64,000 nucleotides of DNA from Candidatus Yanofskybacteria bacterium (GTDB lineage: Bacteria > Patescibacteriota > Minisyncoccia > 2-02-FULL-40-12 > IGHO2-01-FULL-4-A): contig JACPNJ010000002.1 in assembly GCA_016185545.1 (NCBI GenBank), positions 51,299-115,298 of the forward strand, read 5' to 3'. A model generated the notes under the pieces. That model saw only the letters and a list, made by a program, of their open reading frames with translations. It ran no database searches and was not told the origin of the DNA. Positions 22,993-31,695 of this stretch are shown here, piece by piece (position 1 is the stretch's first letter; each line of letters begins with the position of its first letter). The position numbers and the translations under genes were made by a program.

Positions 22993-23310
22993 CAATGTCT
23001 TATTATAGAGTTCCCAAATTAAATCTGGCAAAGGATGTTGAAAATATTATTATCTCACTAGGTTTTACGCCGCACAAATATCGCATATTCAAAAAGATCA
23101 GTGCGCCGTTCAAGTACCATGTACGTATATCAAAAGATACTCAAAGATTTATAGATCTCATAAAACTCAATAAAAGTTAATAACTCCACACAATACCAGC
23201 CATATCGGCCCGGACTGCATTTTAATTTTGGGAAAAGAAAAATTTTAATCATAAGATTTAAGAGTGAAAAATGGCCTGAAATAGGGCTGTTTTTTTATTT
23301 GTCCATATGC

Positions 23311-23339
23311 TTGACGCCTGTTAAATACTATGCTATATT
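23311..23339 (+). promoter_or_regulatory. sigma70-like promoter (TTGACG, 17 nt, TATATT) for the GC-rich ORF
   Basis: hexamers read directly; AGGAG RBS 8 nt before the ATG at 23388. Confidence 0.4.
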
Positions 23340-23387
23340 AGCCAAAGGTACCGAAAGGAAACCTAAACCACAGAAAGGAGATTAGCC

Positions 23388-23906
23388 ATGCTAAACGAGT
23401 TCTTTCAGAAGTTGTTCAGGCAGCCGTCAGTTCAGGCAAGCCGTGGAGAAGTACAGGAACCACGACGGAGACCCTACGAGTTCATGCAGACGTTCTCTGA
23501 CGAAACGAGCCAGGAGTACACTATTCTCGGTCTCCAGAGAACATCTGGTATTCTCGATGAGTACCACTTCTTCAGTCGTGAAGATAATAAGGAGATAGTT
23601 ACTCAACTCGCTGTCGAGGAGAATGGCCAGCAACGAGAGCTGACATTCCCTGGCGCGATTCCGGAATCGTACTTTCCGCAACTCCTGCGACAACGGGTCA
23701 AGCTCTCGATCAAAGAGAGTGCCTCCTACGATCGGGGGGTCGGCTTCCTGAGCGGTTGTGAGTGGCGCTGTACTCAAGACCATACTCTCGACGTACTCAC
23801 CGGTGAATTAACCGGTCAGAAGTTCAAGGGTCACAAGTACTGGCTCGACGACTACCCGCTCGTAGTGGTGCGAGTGAAGAATCAGCCCAAACAGGTCACT
23901 GTCTAA
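23388..23906 (+). CDS. hypothetical protein, compositionally foreign (~52% GC)
   Basis: 172-aa ORF whose GC content and codon usage (CTC, GAG, CGG) are clearly atypical for this AT-rich window; lies next to tRNA-Leu; followed by a terminator. Confidence 0.6.
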   Translation: MLNEFFQKLFRQPSVQASRGEVQEPRRRPYEFMQTFSDETSQEYTILGLQRTSGILDEYHFFSREDNKEIVTQLAVEENGQQRELTFPGAIPESYFPQLLRQRVKLSIKESASYDRGVGFLSGCEWRCTQDHTLDVLTGELTGQKFKGHKYWLDDYPLVVVRVKNQPKQVTV

Positions 23907-23926
23907 CGCCAGAATTTCTGGCACAA

Positions 23927-23960
23927 GCCCCAAAAACGAAAGTTGGAGGGGCTTTTATTT
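23927..23960 (+). terminator. intrinsic terminator (GCCCC ... GGGGC + TTTTATTT)
   Basis: GC stem followed by a T-run directly after the stop of the GC-rich ORF. Confidence 0.5.
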
Positions 23961-24126
23961 TTAACAATTTGGAAGAACAAATAATTTGTCGCCACTTCTT
24001 CGCTAAAGCTTCGGAAGTGCGAAGCAAAGCCAGTAAATTTTTCAATCATTTTTACTCTTGAAAATATAACTAAAAAGTCTTAACTTTACTTTGTAAGGTT
24101 CGCACTTTAACAAAAAGGGGTAGTTA

Positions 24127-26421
24127 GTGAAAATACCCGCAAATAAGAATTTTTGGAAGGTTTTTATAAAAAATCGGCTTAAAAAAGATTACTGGGTCAT
24201 AATGATTAAACGGCGACCGTGGCTTAAAAGAATCTTGCTCTCGCTTATACTCACGCCTGCGGTAATCATAATCATGCTATTTTGTTTTATGTATTTTTAC
24301 GGGAACCTCAAAGATTCCCAGGGCAAACCCATTGACTGGAATAAAATTAAAAACAATGATTTTAAAAAAACATCTTATGTTCTGGCATCAAATGATGAGA
24401 TTATTGACAGATTTTTTATTGAGAACCGTGACCCCTTAAAAGAAAATGAGATTCCGGAATTGCTTGCCGATGGTTTTGTGGCCGCCGAAGACGAGAATTT
24501 CTGGATGCACCCGGGCATTGACCCGATTGCTATAGCCAGAGCCGGCGCCGGATATTTATTGCGTTGGTGCGGAATTGAACTTTGGCCTCCATCGGGCGGC
24601 AGCACAATCACCCAGCAGGAAGCACGACTCATGTATACCGATGGCATTCCCGAGTTCAAAACTCGTGAACATTCTCTTAAAAGAAAATTCAAAGAGGCGC
24701 ATTTCGCGATTCAATTAACCAGAAGATATTCCAAAAAACAACTGTTGACGGCGTTTCTAAATACTCCCTATCTTGGTCACGGCGCTAATGGTGTCGCCGA
24801 AGCTTGGTATATTTATTTTGGAGAAGATATACGCAACAGCAAAGCACTGAAAAAAAACAGGATAGAATTCATACAAAAAATAGCTGTGGTTGTCGCTCTT
24901 AATAAATCGGCAGAGAGATACTGCCCGATTTTTCACGAACCGGCAAAGTCCGTAATAACTCCGGAAATGGCCGGAAAACAAATCACTGAACTGGAAAGAA
25001 AATATAAAAACTCTCTTGACAAAGAAAAATTCCGCGTCCGCGACGCTAGGAAAAGAGCCAACTGGGTTCTTTACCAAATGTTTGAAGAAGGTTATATAAG
25101 CAAGAAAGAATACCAAGCGGCATTGTTTGATGAAGAACAAAATTTAACCACCCTTGATATTTTAAAAATCACTCCATTGAAAAATTCCAGTTTCGGTTAT
25201 AGCGGCCGCATGGCAAAAGAAATGTTATTCGGCATCGGATTGAAAGACGAGGAAATAACTCATTACGGCGGCTTCAAGGTAAAAACCTGCATTAACGCCG
25301 GAATTCAAAAAATCATTAATGAAGAGCTCAGCCAGCATCTGGCAAAACTCAATGAAGAAGTGGAAGATAGAACCAACCCTAATGACGGCTCGGCGGTGAT
25401 GATTGAGGTCAAAACCGGCTGTATTGTCGCTTTGACCGGCGGACATGACTATGCCGAAACACCATACGACCGCGCTATGGCCTTGCGTTCAGGCGGATCG
25501 CTTTTTAAGCCGTTCGTCTATGCCACGGCGTTTGAGGAGGGTAAGACATTTAATGATTATATTAACAATCGTCCTTTCAGTATGCGCGGGGCTAATGGAA
25601 AAATTTGGTCTCCGCAAAATTTCAGAGAAGACCACCCGGTACCGGACGGTCTGATTCCGCTTTATGTCGGTCAAATAAGATCAGTTAACAGACCAACTTT
25701 GCTTCTTGCCAATGAAATAGGGATGGGAAAAATAGCAACCCTTGCCCATCGCATGGGTTTGTGGGGTATCCGGGGAATAATAAAAGACGCTCACGGCAAA
25801 ATTATATTCCGAATGCCCGGGGTAAAAGATACCGGCGACGGCATTGTTCCCCTGCTCCCCACCGCTATCGGCGCTTCCGACATTAATCTGCTGGAATTAG
25901 CCAACGCGTATGCCATATTTTTCAGAAAAGGGTTGTATCTGCCGCCAAAACTCGTTTTGGAAGTTAGAGACCAGGACGGCAAAGTACGGTATAAAGCGCC
26001 TGAACTTGAACCATTCCGGTCCGTTTCCGAAGAAACCGCGCTTAAAGAATTAATCATGATGCGGGCCACGACTAAAATCGGCACCGCCAAGATATCAATG
26101 CACGGCATTGAACAGCAAGTTGCTTGTAAAACCGGCACCTCTAACGGGCCTACCGATCTTGGGATAGCTTGCGGCAATCCTGACTTTGTTTTGATTATAA
26201 GAATAGGCCACGATATTCCAAAACCAATTGAACTGCCCCAATATATGAAAAAGGTTAGCGGCCGCGCCAATATGCAAGTATCCGGCGGCTGGGTAACCGG
26301 CCCGCTATCACGAAGGATTTGGGATCGTATCTATGCCGAAAAGCCAAAAGTAAAATTTTCCCAAAAAGTTGAAGCCGGTTTACAAGAACTGCTGTCTGTT
26401 TATCCGGATAAATACAAATAA
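24127..26421 (+). CDS. class A penicillin-binding protein (transglycosylase + transpeptidase)
   Basis: GT51 motif EDENFWMHPGID; transpeptidase SxxK (SLFKPF) and KTG(T/S); real start may be the ATG near 24202 (MIKRRPWLKR, TM helix). Confidence 0.85.
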   Translation: MKIPANKNFWKVFIKNRLKKDYWVIMIKRRPWLKRILLSLILTPAVIIIMLFCFMYFYGNLKDSQGKPIDWNKIKNNDFKKTSYVLASNDEIIDRFFIENRDPLKENEIPELLADGFVAAEDENFWMHPGIDPIAIARAGAGYLLRWCGIELWPPSGGSTITQQEARLMYTDGIPEFKTREHSLKRKFKEAHFAIQLTRRYSKKQLLTAFLNTPYLGHGANGVAEAWYIYFGEDIRNSKALKKNRIEFIQKIAVVVALNKSAERYCPIFHEPAKSVITPEMAGKQITELERKYKNSLDKEKFRVRDARKRANWVLYQMFEEGYISKKEYQAALFDEEQNLTTLDILKITPLKNSSFGYSGRMAKEMLFGIGLKDEEITHYGGFKVKTCINAGIQKIINEELSQHLAKLNEEVEDRTNPNDGSAVMIEVKTGCIVALTGGHDYAETPYDRAMALRSGGSLFKPFVYATAFEEGKTFNDYINNRPFSMRGANGKIWSPQNFREDHPVPDGLIPLYVGQIRSVNRPTLLLANEIGMGKIATLAHRMGLWGIRGIIKDAHGKIIFRMPGVKDTGDGIVPLLPTAIGASDINLLELANAYAIFFRKGLYLPPKLVLEVRDQDGKVRYKAPELEPFRSVSEETALKELIMMRATTKIGTAKISMHGIEQQVACKTGTSNGPTDLGIACGNPDFVLIIRIGHDIPKPIELPQYMKKVSGRANMQVSGGWVTGPLSRRIWDRIYAEKPKVKFSQKVEAGLQELLSVYPDKYK

Positions 26422-26480
26422 CCTACCGGGCTTAGCTCGGTTTTTATTATTTTCCAACTTGCACATAGGTTCTGTATCTC

Positions 26481-27566
26481 TTGCGTTGGGTAAGATCTTT
26501 TATGTATAATAGAGGCATGGCTAAGTTGAGTAATAAATTTAAGGGGAATAAGCGAGTTGTGTTTTCGCACGGTAAGCAGAAAGAGTTTTTAGAAAAAACA
26601 CGATTTTCTTTAGGACTAAACAATGATAATTTCGCTAGATTAATAGGGGTTAGTCCAAGAACTCTAAATGACTGGAAAAGGGAAAAGTTTTATTTGCCTT
26701 TAAATAGCTTAAAAAAATTATGTGACAAGTCGGGTATATCTATGCCGAAGTATCTAGAAACAAAAGACCCATTTTGGTACACTTCACTGGGCGCGCATAA
26801 AGGAGGCATCGCATCTTTTAAAAAATACGGACACATAGGAGGAGATCCCGAATATCGCAAGAAAAAATGGCATGAATGGTGGCAAAGTAGCGGTAGATTC
26901 AGAAAAGATATGATAACTTTTCCTATTAAAGTTATAAAACCGTCCAAATCTAAAGAGCTAGCAGAGTTTGTCGGTATTTTACTAGGAGATGGAGCAATCA
27001 CTAAAAAACAGATTACTATAACTCTTCATAAAGTCGACGATAGGGATTTCACCGATTATATCTGCTACTTGATTGAAAAACTTTTTCATTTAAAACCAGC
27101 TCTTTACGAACGAGAAAGTGTCAATAACATAGTTATTTCCAGAACAGAATTAGTTAGATATTTTGTAAAAAATTTAGGCTTACATATTGGCAGTAAAATC
27201 CGACAACAAGTAGATGTTCCGATGTGGATTAAAAAGTCGGGGATATTTTCTAGGGCATGCTCGAAAGGATTGTTTGATACAGATGGATGTTTTTATATTG
27301 ATAAGCATAAATATAACAACAAAACTTATCTAAATTGTGGTATGAATTTTACAAATCGAGCCCTACCACTCCTTTCTTTTTTTAAAGAAACCTTACAAAA
27401 ATACAATCTCTCCCCTACTCAAAAAACTCATTACAGTATCTTTTTAAGAAGGGAGGAAGATATAATAAAATACTTTGATAAAATAGGGTCGTCTAATCCG
27501 AAACATTATAATAAATTCAATAATTTTTTAATAAATAAACACGGTGAGGTACCGAAGTGGTCATAA
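26481..27566 (+). CDS. HTH (XRE-like) + double-motif LAGLIDADG homing-endonuclease-like protein
   Basis: N-terminal HTH (LGLNNDNFARLIGVSPRTLNDW); two LAGLIDADG-type motifs (LAEFVGILLGDGAI and SKGLFDTDGCFYID); 3' end overlaps tRNA-Ser by 24 nt. Confidence 0.75.
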   Translation: MRWVRSFMYNRGMAKLSNKFKGNKRVVFSHGKQKEFLEKTRFSLGLNNDNFARLIGVSPRTLNDWKREKFYLPLNSLKKLCDKSGISMPKYLETKDPFWYTSLGAHKGGIASFKKYGHIGGDPEYRKKKWHEWWQSSGRFRKDMITFPIKVIKPSKSKELAEFVGILLGDGAITKKQITITLHKVDDRDFTDYICYLIEKLFHLKPALYERESVNNIVISRTELVRYFVKNLGLHIGSKIRQQVDVPMWIKKSGIFSRACSKGLFDTDGCFYIDKHKYNNKTYLNCGMNFTNRALPLLSFFKETLQKYNLSPTQKTHYSIFLRREEDIIKYFDKIGSSNPKHYNKFNNFLINKHGEVPKWS

Positions 27567-27633
27567 CGGGGACGCCTCGAAAGCGTCTTGCTCCGAAAGG
27601 GGCCCGTGGGTTCGAATCCCACCCTCACCGCCA
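27543..27633 (+). tRNA. tRNA-Ser (anticodon CGA), long variable arm, CCA encoded
   Basis: acceptor GGTGAGG/CCTCACC with discriminator G and CCA; anticodon stem GACGC/GCGTC with loop CTCGAAA; T-arm GTGGG-TTCGAAT-CCCAC. Confidence 0.8.
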
Positions 27634-27657
27634 GATGTCCAAGTTAGAACCTAATTT

Positions 27658-28353
27658 ATGCTAGTACAAAAATTCGATAAATTTCTACAATCAGTTGACC
27701 TCAAATCCTATCGTGATCAGTATAGGCCTATTAAAATTGTAGAAATGGATATGCCCAAAGAGGTTCAAGCTATCAATATGCTTTACAAAGTATATTGGGA
27801 CCAAAAGAAATTCTTGTCTTTTGAAGATTTTTACAAAGAGTACTTAAATTCTCTAAAAACAGAAATTGAATCCTTCAGACAAAGAACAACGATGTGTAAA
27901 GATTGTTTTTATCGAGGATTGCCCGCAAGAATTTATCGTACTTGGGCAAGTATTATCACTCAAATCCACGCTGGTTATGTAGCTGAGTCGGTTTTTGGCG
28001 AAGGTACAATTGCGATGTCAGGTGAGCTTGATCATCAAGGAGCTGATTTTCAAGTTAAATATAGAGGGAAGATTTTAAACTACCAAGTTAAAAAGAAATC
28101 ATTTAGTGGAGAAGTGAGGCGTGGTAAGGGTGGAGTTAAAAACAAAATCGATGGAGAATTTATTGATATTAACTATGAAGTTCCAAGTGGTGATTATTTC
28201 GAAAATCCAAAGAAAAAAGATGGCACTGATAAATTACCATACGCCAGGTTTATGGCAAATAAAGAATTAGAAAGATTCCCGAATGGTTTTGTGGTTTTTA
28301 CCCCTTATCCTTTTGAACAAAAGAAAAGAGAGATAGATAACTCTCTAAAATAA
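27658..28353 (+). CDS. hypothetical protein; candidate nuclease partner of the adjacent methyltransferase
   Basis: 231 aa; convergent with the MTase gene with a 9-nt 3' overlap; weak PD-(D/E)xK-like segment ELD...DFQVK; function unverified. Confidence 0.35.
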   Translation: MLVQKFDKFLQSVDLKSYRDQYRPIKIVEMDMPKEVQAINMLYKVYWDQKKFLSFEDFYKEYLNSLKTEIESFRQRTTMCKDCFYRGLPARIYRTWASIITQIHAGYVAESVFGEGTIAMSGELDHQGADFQVKYRGKILNYQVKKKSFSGEVRRGKGGVKNKIDGEFIDINYEVPSGDYFENPKKKDGTDKLPYARFMANKELERFPNGFVVFTPYPFEQKKREIDNSLK

Positions 28354-29868
28354 TTTAGCAACGGACTTTTTATCACCTACCATTTTTTCTGCCAGCCTTA
28401 CATAATCAGGATTAATCTCAAAGCCAATATAAGATTGACCTAATTCTTTGGCCGCCGCGCACTCCGAGCCGGTGCCAACGAAAGGCACTAACACAACACC
28501 ATCTTTTTTCGGCATAGCAGATTTTATCAATTTTTTAGATAATTCAAATGGTTTTTGTGTTGGATGCTTCATTATTTCATGTCCATCATGATTTTTTAGT
28601 TGTCGTGGCTCACATACAGAGTCGCAGGTTTTACACAAAAACCATCTTTCATTCATTCCAGCTCCACCGGCGAGGGCAGGAACTTTGATAACATCTCTTG
28701 GTAAAGCTCCACCCTCGTGGGCTTTATAAACGGTTTCCAAACCGCTACTACTGAATCTCCCCAGTGTTCCTTTTCTTACCTTTCCAGCGGCTCCATTTAG
28801 AAATCCCTCTGTATATGGTTCTCTAACATCATCTCTGTTGAAAACAGGTTTATCTTTCCAAGCGCAAATGATAGCTTCATGGCTTCTTTGCCAAAAATTT
28901 AGAGAGGCAACATTTTTATTAGTGTAATGCCATATAAGCCATCTTTTTTGTATAGGAATTTCAACAGAGAGATACGCTAGAATTTCACTAAAACCATAAA
29001 TAAAAATTGTTCCGTTTGGTTTTAGTGTTCTTATGCTTTCGTTTATCCAACTTTTACACCACTCAACATATTCTCCAAGTTCTCGTTTATCTATATTATT
29101 CCCAAAATCCTTTCCGATATTATAAGGTGGATCAATTATGATAACATCACAACTTTCGTCAGGAAGTTTTCTTAATTCTTGAATTGCGTCTCCCAAAATT
29201 ATTTGATTGAGAGATAATTTCTTATCCTTCTTTATTTCTTTTGTTATCGTTATTTCTTCCGCCTGTAATTCCTCTTCGTTTTTAATAACATCAATAACAA
29301 TTCCTTGAATTTTTATGTCTCGATCCCTCCTTATTATAATTGGCTCAAAAGTTTTATTTGCGGGTTGTAGCCGAATATGTCCTCGTTCTTTATAAAATCT
29401 CTTTAGTGTTGCCTCGTGATTGTCTATTAATGCAACAACTCGCTCGCCGTTTTCTGCAACATCTTGCTGTTTTACCAAAACAACATCTCCATCTTGAATA
29501 TTCTCGTCAATCATACTGTTGCCCATTACGCGCAAAGCGTAAAGATTGCCAGCGCTAGGCAATATATTTTTAGGAACAGCAATAAATTCGTCTTGACGAA
29601 TTGCCTCTATTGGCTCCCCAGCGGCGATAGTTCCTAAAAACGGAATTTTGACCATTGGTTTCTTAGAAGCAATGCTGATGGCACGGGCTTTATTTTCTAT
29701 ATTCCCCAAATAACCACCTTCTTTAAGTTTTGAGATATGAAAATGAACAGTTGAAACAGAGGCGAGTTTAAGTCGTTTTCTAATTTCCTCAAATGAAGGA
29801 GAATACCCCTTCTTTTGTGAGTAACTTTCTATGAAGTCGAGGACTTCTTTTTGGCGCTTTGTGAGCAT
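28345..29868 (-). CDS. LexA (HTH + S24 peptidase) fused to an N4/N6 DNA methyltransferase
   Basis: residues ~1-200 are LexA-like (winged HTH; RVMGNSM Ser; ATLKRF Lys); residues ~210-507 are MTase (motif IV DPPY, motif I FVGTGS); single uninterrupted 507-aa ORF. Confidence 0.75.
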   Translation of the reverse strand: MLTKRQKEVLDFIESYSQKKGYSPSFEEIRKRLKLASVSTVHFHISKLKEGGYLGNIENKARAISIASKKPMVKIPFLGTIAAGEPIEAIRQDEFIAVPKNILPSAGNLYALRVMGNSMIDENIQDGDVVLVKQQDVAENGERVVALIDNHEATLKRFYKERGHIRLQPANKTFEPIIIRRDRDIKIQGIVIDVIKNEEELQAEEITITKEIKKDKKLSLNQIILGDAIQELRKLPDESCDVIIIDPPYNIGKDFGNNIDKRELGEYVEWCKSWINESIRTLKPNGTIFIYGFSEILAYLSVEIPIQKRWLIWHYTNKNVASLNFWQRSHEAIICAWKDKPVFNRDDVREPYTEGFLNGAAGKVRKGTLGRFSSSGLETVYKAHEGGALPRDVIKVPALAGGAGMNERWFLCKTCDSVCEPRQLKNHDGHEIMKHPTQKPFELSKKLIKSAMPKKDGVVLVPFVGTGSECAAAKELGQSYIGFEINPDYVRLAEKMVGDKKSVAKLF

Positions 29869-29894
29869 ATAGATTTGACTTGTTTACTATGCAT

Positions 29895-29935
29895 CTATTA
29901 TAATAGAACAAAAATAGAAAATCAAAGCTACTTAT
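29895..29935 (-). promoter_or_regulatory. promoter (-35 TTGATT, 16 nt, -10 TATAAT); the -10 lies inside the 12-nt perfect palindrome CTATTATAATAG, a candidate operator
   Basis: read on the minus strand ~30 nt upstream of the lexA-MTase start; palindrome at 29895..29906. Confidence 0.35.
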
Positions 29936-29954
29936 CCACACCTTAAATAAGACC

Positions 29955-30833
29955 ATGGAAGACTCCAATATAGAAATTTCATTTGAACTCTCGGTTTGCC
30001 TTCATTTAGATAAAGAGGCGGTGTTTTTACTTAAAATCAACGAGCGAGATGTAGAGATAAAAACAAACGATGTCATATATGAAAATACTAGATTTGGTCG
30101 GGCACAAAATACAGAAATCTACAGTGATACAGATTCTGGTTTTCGTTACACCAAAATTACAATTTCATTTAAAGATACCAACCCAAAGATACCCCTTGAT
30201 AATTTAATTTTGGCATATAAAGATTTAATACTTGAAAGTGTTAATAAATTTATAGATGCATATCGATTTATTACTGGACGAGTAGCAATTTCCAATATTG
30301 CCTCAATATCAGATTTGTTCGGATTATCGTGTTTTAGACGAAATGCCAAAGGCGGCGGAACTGGAATGATAACTATAAATTTTGGAGGAGTAGGAATTGC
30401 TGGAAAGCAGGTTGCTATGGGACAATTTAAAACAGATCTAGATATTAAAGATAACGAAAAGATGCAGAACCTATTAAAGACAGGAGGGATTCCCCTGGAA
30501 GATCTTTTTATAATGGATGCAAAAAGACATCTTCAAATCGGACATAAAATTCAAGCATTGATTAGCGCAGTTATAGCCACTGAAATTGTTGTTAGATCAA
30601 AAAATAATTGGTTTGTAAGATTTTTGTATAAAGGAAAATTACTAGAATTTAATTTAATAAAAGAACTAAAGTATAAACTTCCGAAAGAAAGTCTATCTAT
30701 AATAATTGGAGGTATAAAAGAAAGAAATCGAGTAATTCATGACGGCAAGAGAGATTTGACGATTGATATTTCTAAGTACATAAAGGAAACAGAAAAAGCA
30801 ATAAATAAATTGAGAACTCCCGTTATTATTTAA
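29955..30833 (+). CDS. hypothetical protein (very AT-rich orphan)
   Basis: 292-aa ORF with no recognisable motifs; sits between the MTase locus and the DGR-like cassette. Confidence 0.5.
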   Translation: MEDSNIEISFELSVCLHLDKEAVFLLKINERDVEIKTNDVIYENTRFGRAQNTEIYSDTDSGFRYTKITISFKDTNPKIPLDNLILAYKDLILESVNKFIDAYRFITGRVAISNIASISDLFGLSCFRRNAKGGGTGMITINFGGVGIAGKQVAMGQFKTDLDIKDNEKMQNLLKTGGIPLEDLFIMDAKRHLQIGHKIQALISAVIATEIVVRSKNNWFVRFLYKGKLLEFNLIKELKYKLPKESLSIIIGGIKERNRVIHDGKRDLTIDISKYIKETEKAINKLRTPVII

Positions 30834-30991
30834 CAGAATAATCGACTGCGTTTTTGCCCTTATCTGACTTCGGCTTTGGTACCTCAAACCACTCGGGATG
30901 CACTTTGTAGATAGCCCTCAATTCTTGTATACTCCTATCAATATCCTTGAATTTAAACCACGTTTTCGGTTCTAACTTGCGGACATCGTCC

Positions 30992-31069
30992 CCGCCAAGT
31001 CGAGATAGGTTATCCCGCTGGAGGAGCGTCGATAACATAAAACCATCTAACGGTGGTTTTATGTTATCG
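30992..31069. repeat. boundary motif M1 (ccgccaagtcgagataggttatcccgctggagga) plus 16-bp perfect-stem hairpin (cgataacataaaacca/tggttttatgttatcg)
   Basis: a second copy of the motif sits at 38787..38820 with a different hairpin. Confidence 0.5.
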
Positions 31070-31122
31070 TTTGTAGTAATAGATTAACCAAATATTTTCT
31101 GATACTATAAAAATAACAACTT

Positions 31123-31222
31123 AGCCTAAACCTGCTTAACGGCTGGCATGGCACCAAACCACCTGCATACCAAACTTGTCGTTTGGCTTCCACACATGTG
31201 GTTATAGAGGAAACTCTATAAG
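31123..31222 (+). repeat. boundary element R1 (agcctaaacct ... ggcatggcac ... cacctgcat-hairpin-cacatgtggt), imperfect direct repeat of R2
   Basis: shared blocks with 38205..38313 read directly; possible structured ncRNA or att-like site. Confidence 0.45.
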
Positions 31223-31695
31223 AGAGCTTCTGCTCTCAGCCAGACGACTTTTTTATTGCTTGTTTAATCGAAAAAAGATCTGATTTTCAAGATCTTGCTG
31301 AAGAATAAAAGAATTACTATGACTTAAGATCCCCATATAGGAATGGATGGTATGGTCAAGTGACTCATAAGACAACGACCCTTGGTTTAAAAGATTCTCC
31401 CCCGAATTTTACCTGGTAGCAGTCCTTTAGTTTTCTCGGGACATCTACGCTGAAATAAAACACGTAGTTTCGTAGTTTTTACTACTTTCCGGCCACGCCA
31501 CTTCTTATAGCCAGGGCCATAAGAACTCCGGTGGATATCAAAAAGAGGAGGTTCGTAAGATTAAACCAGCCTGAGCCGGGCCCAATCTCTATTAACAAAA
31601 CTCCATGACATTATCACATAAAATACCCAGCCATAAAAGGTCTGGTAAAATTCTTCTTTAGGCTGTATATTTATATGTAAAAGTCCAATCTCACT

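Noticed and set aside
22914-23180. 88-aa ORF on the plus strand
   Set aside because: Its 5' part is the tRNA-Leu(CAA) gene itself; no coding signal.
30826-31038. 70-aa minus-strand ORF whose N-terminus is encoded by motif M1 and the adjacent hairpin
   Set aside because: The second copy of the motif (38787..38820) has no equivalent ORF and the start lies inside a perfect hairpin; more likely non-coding.
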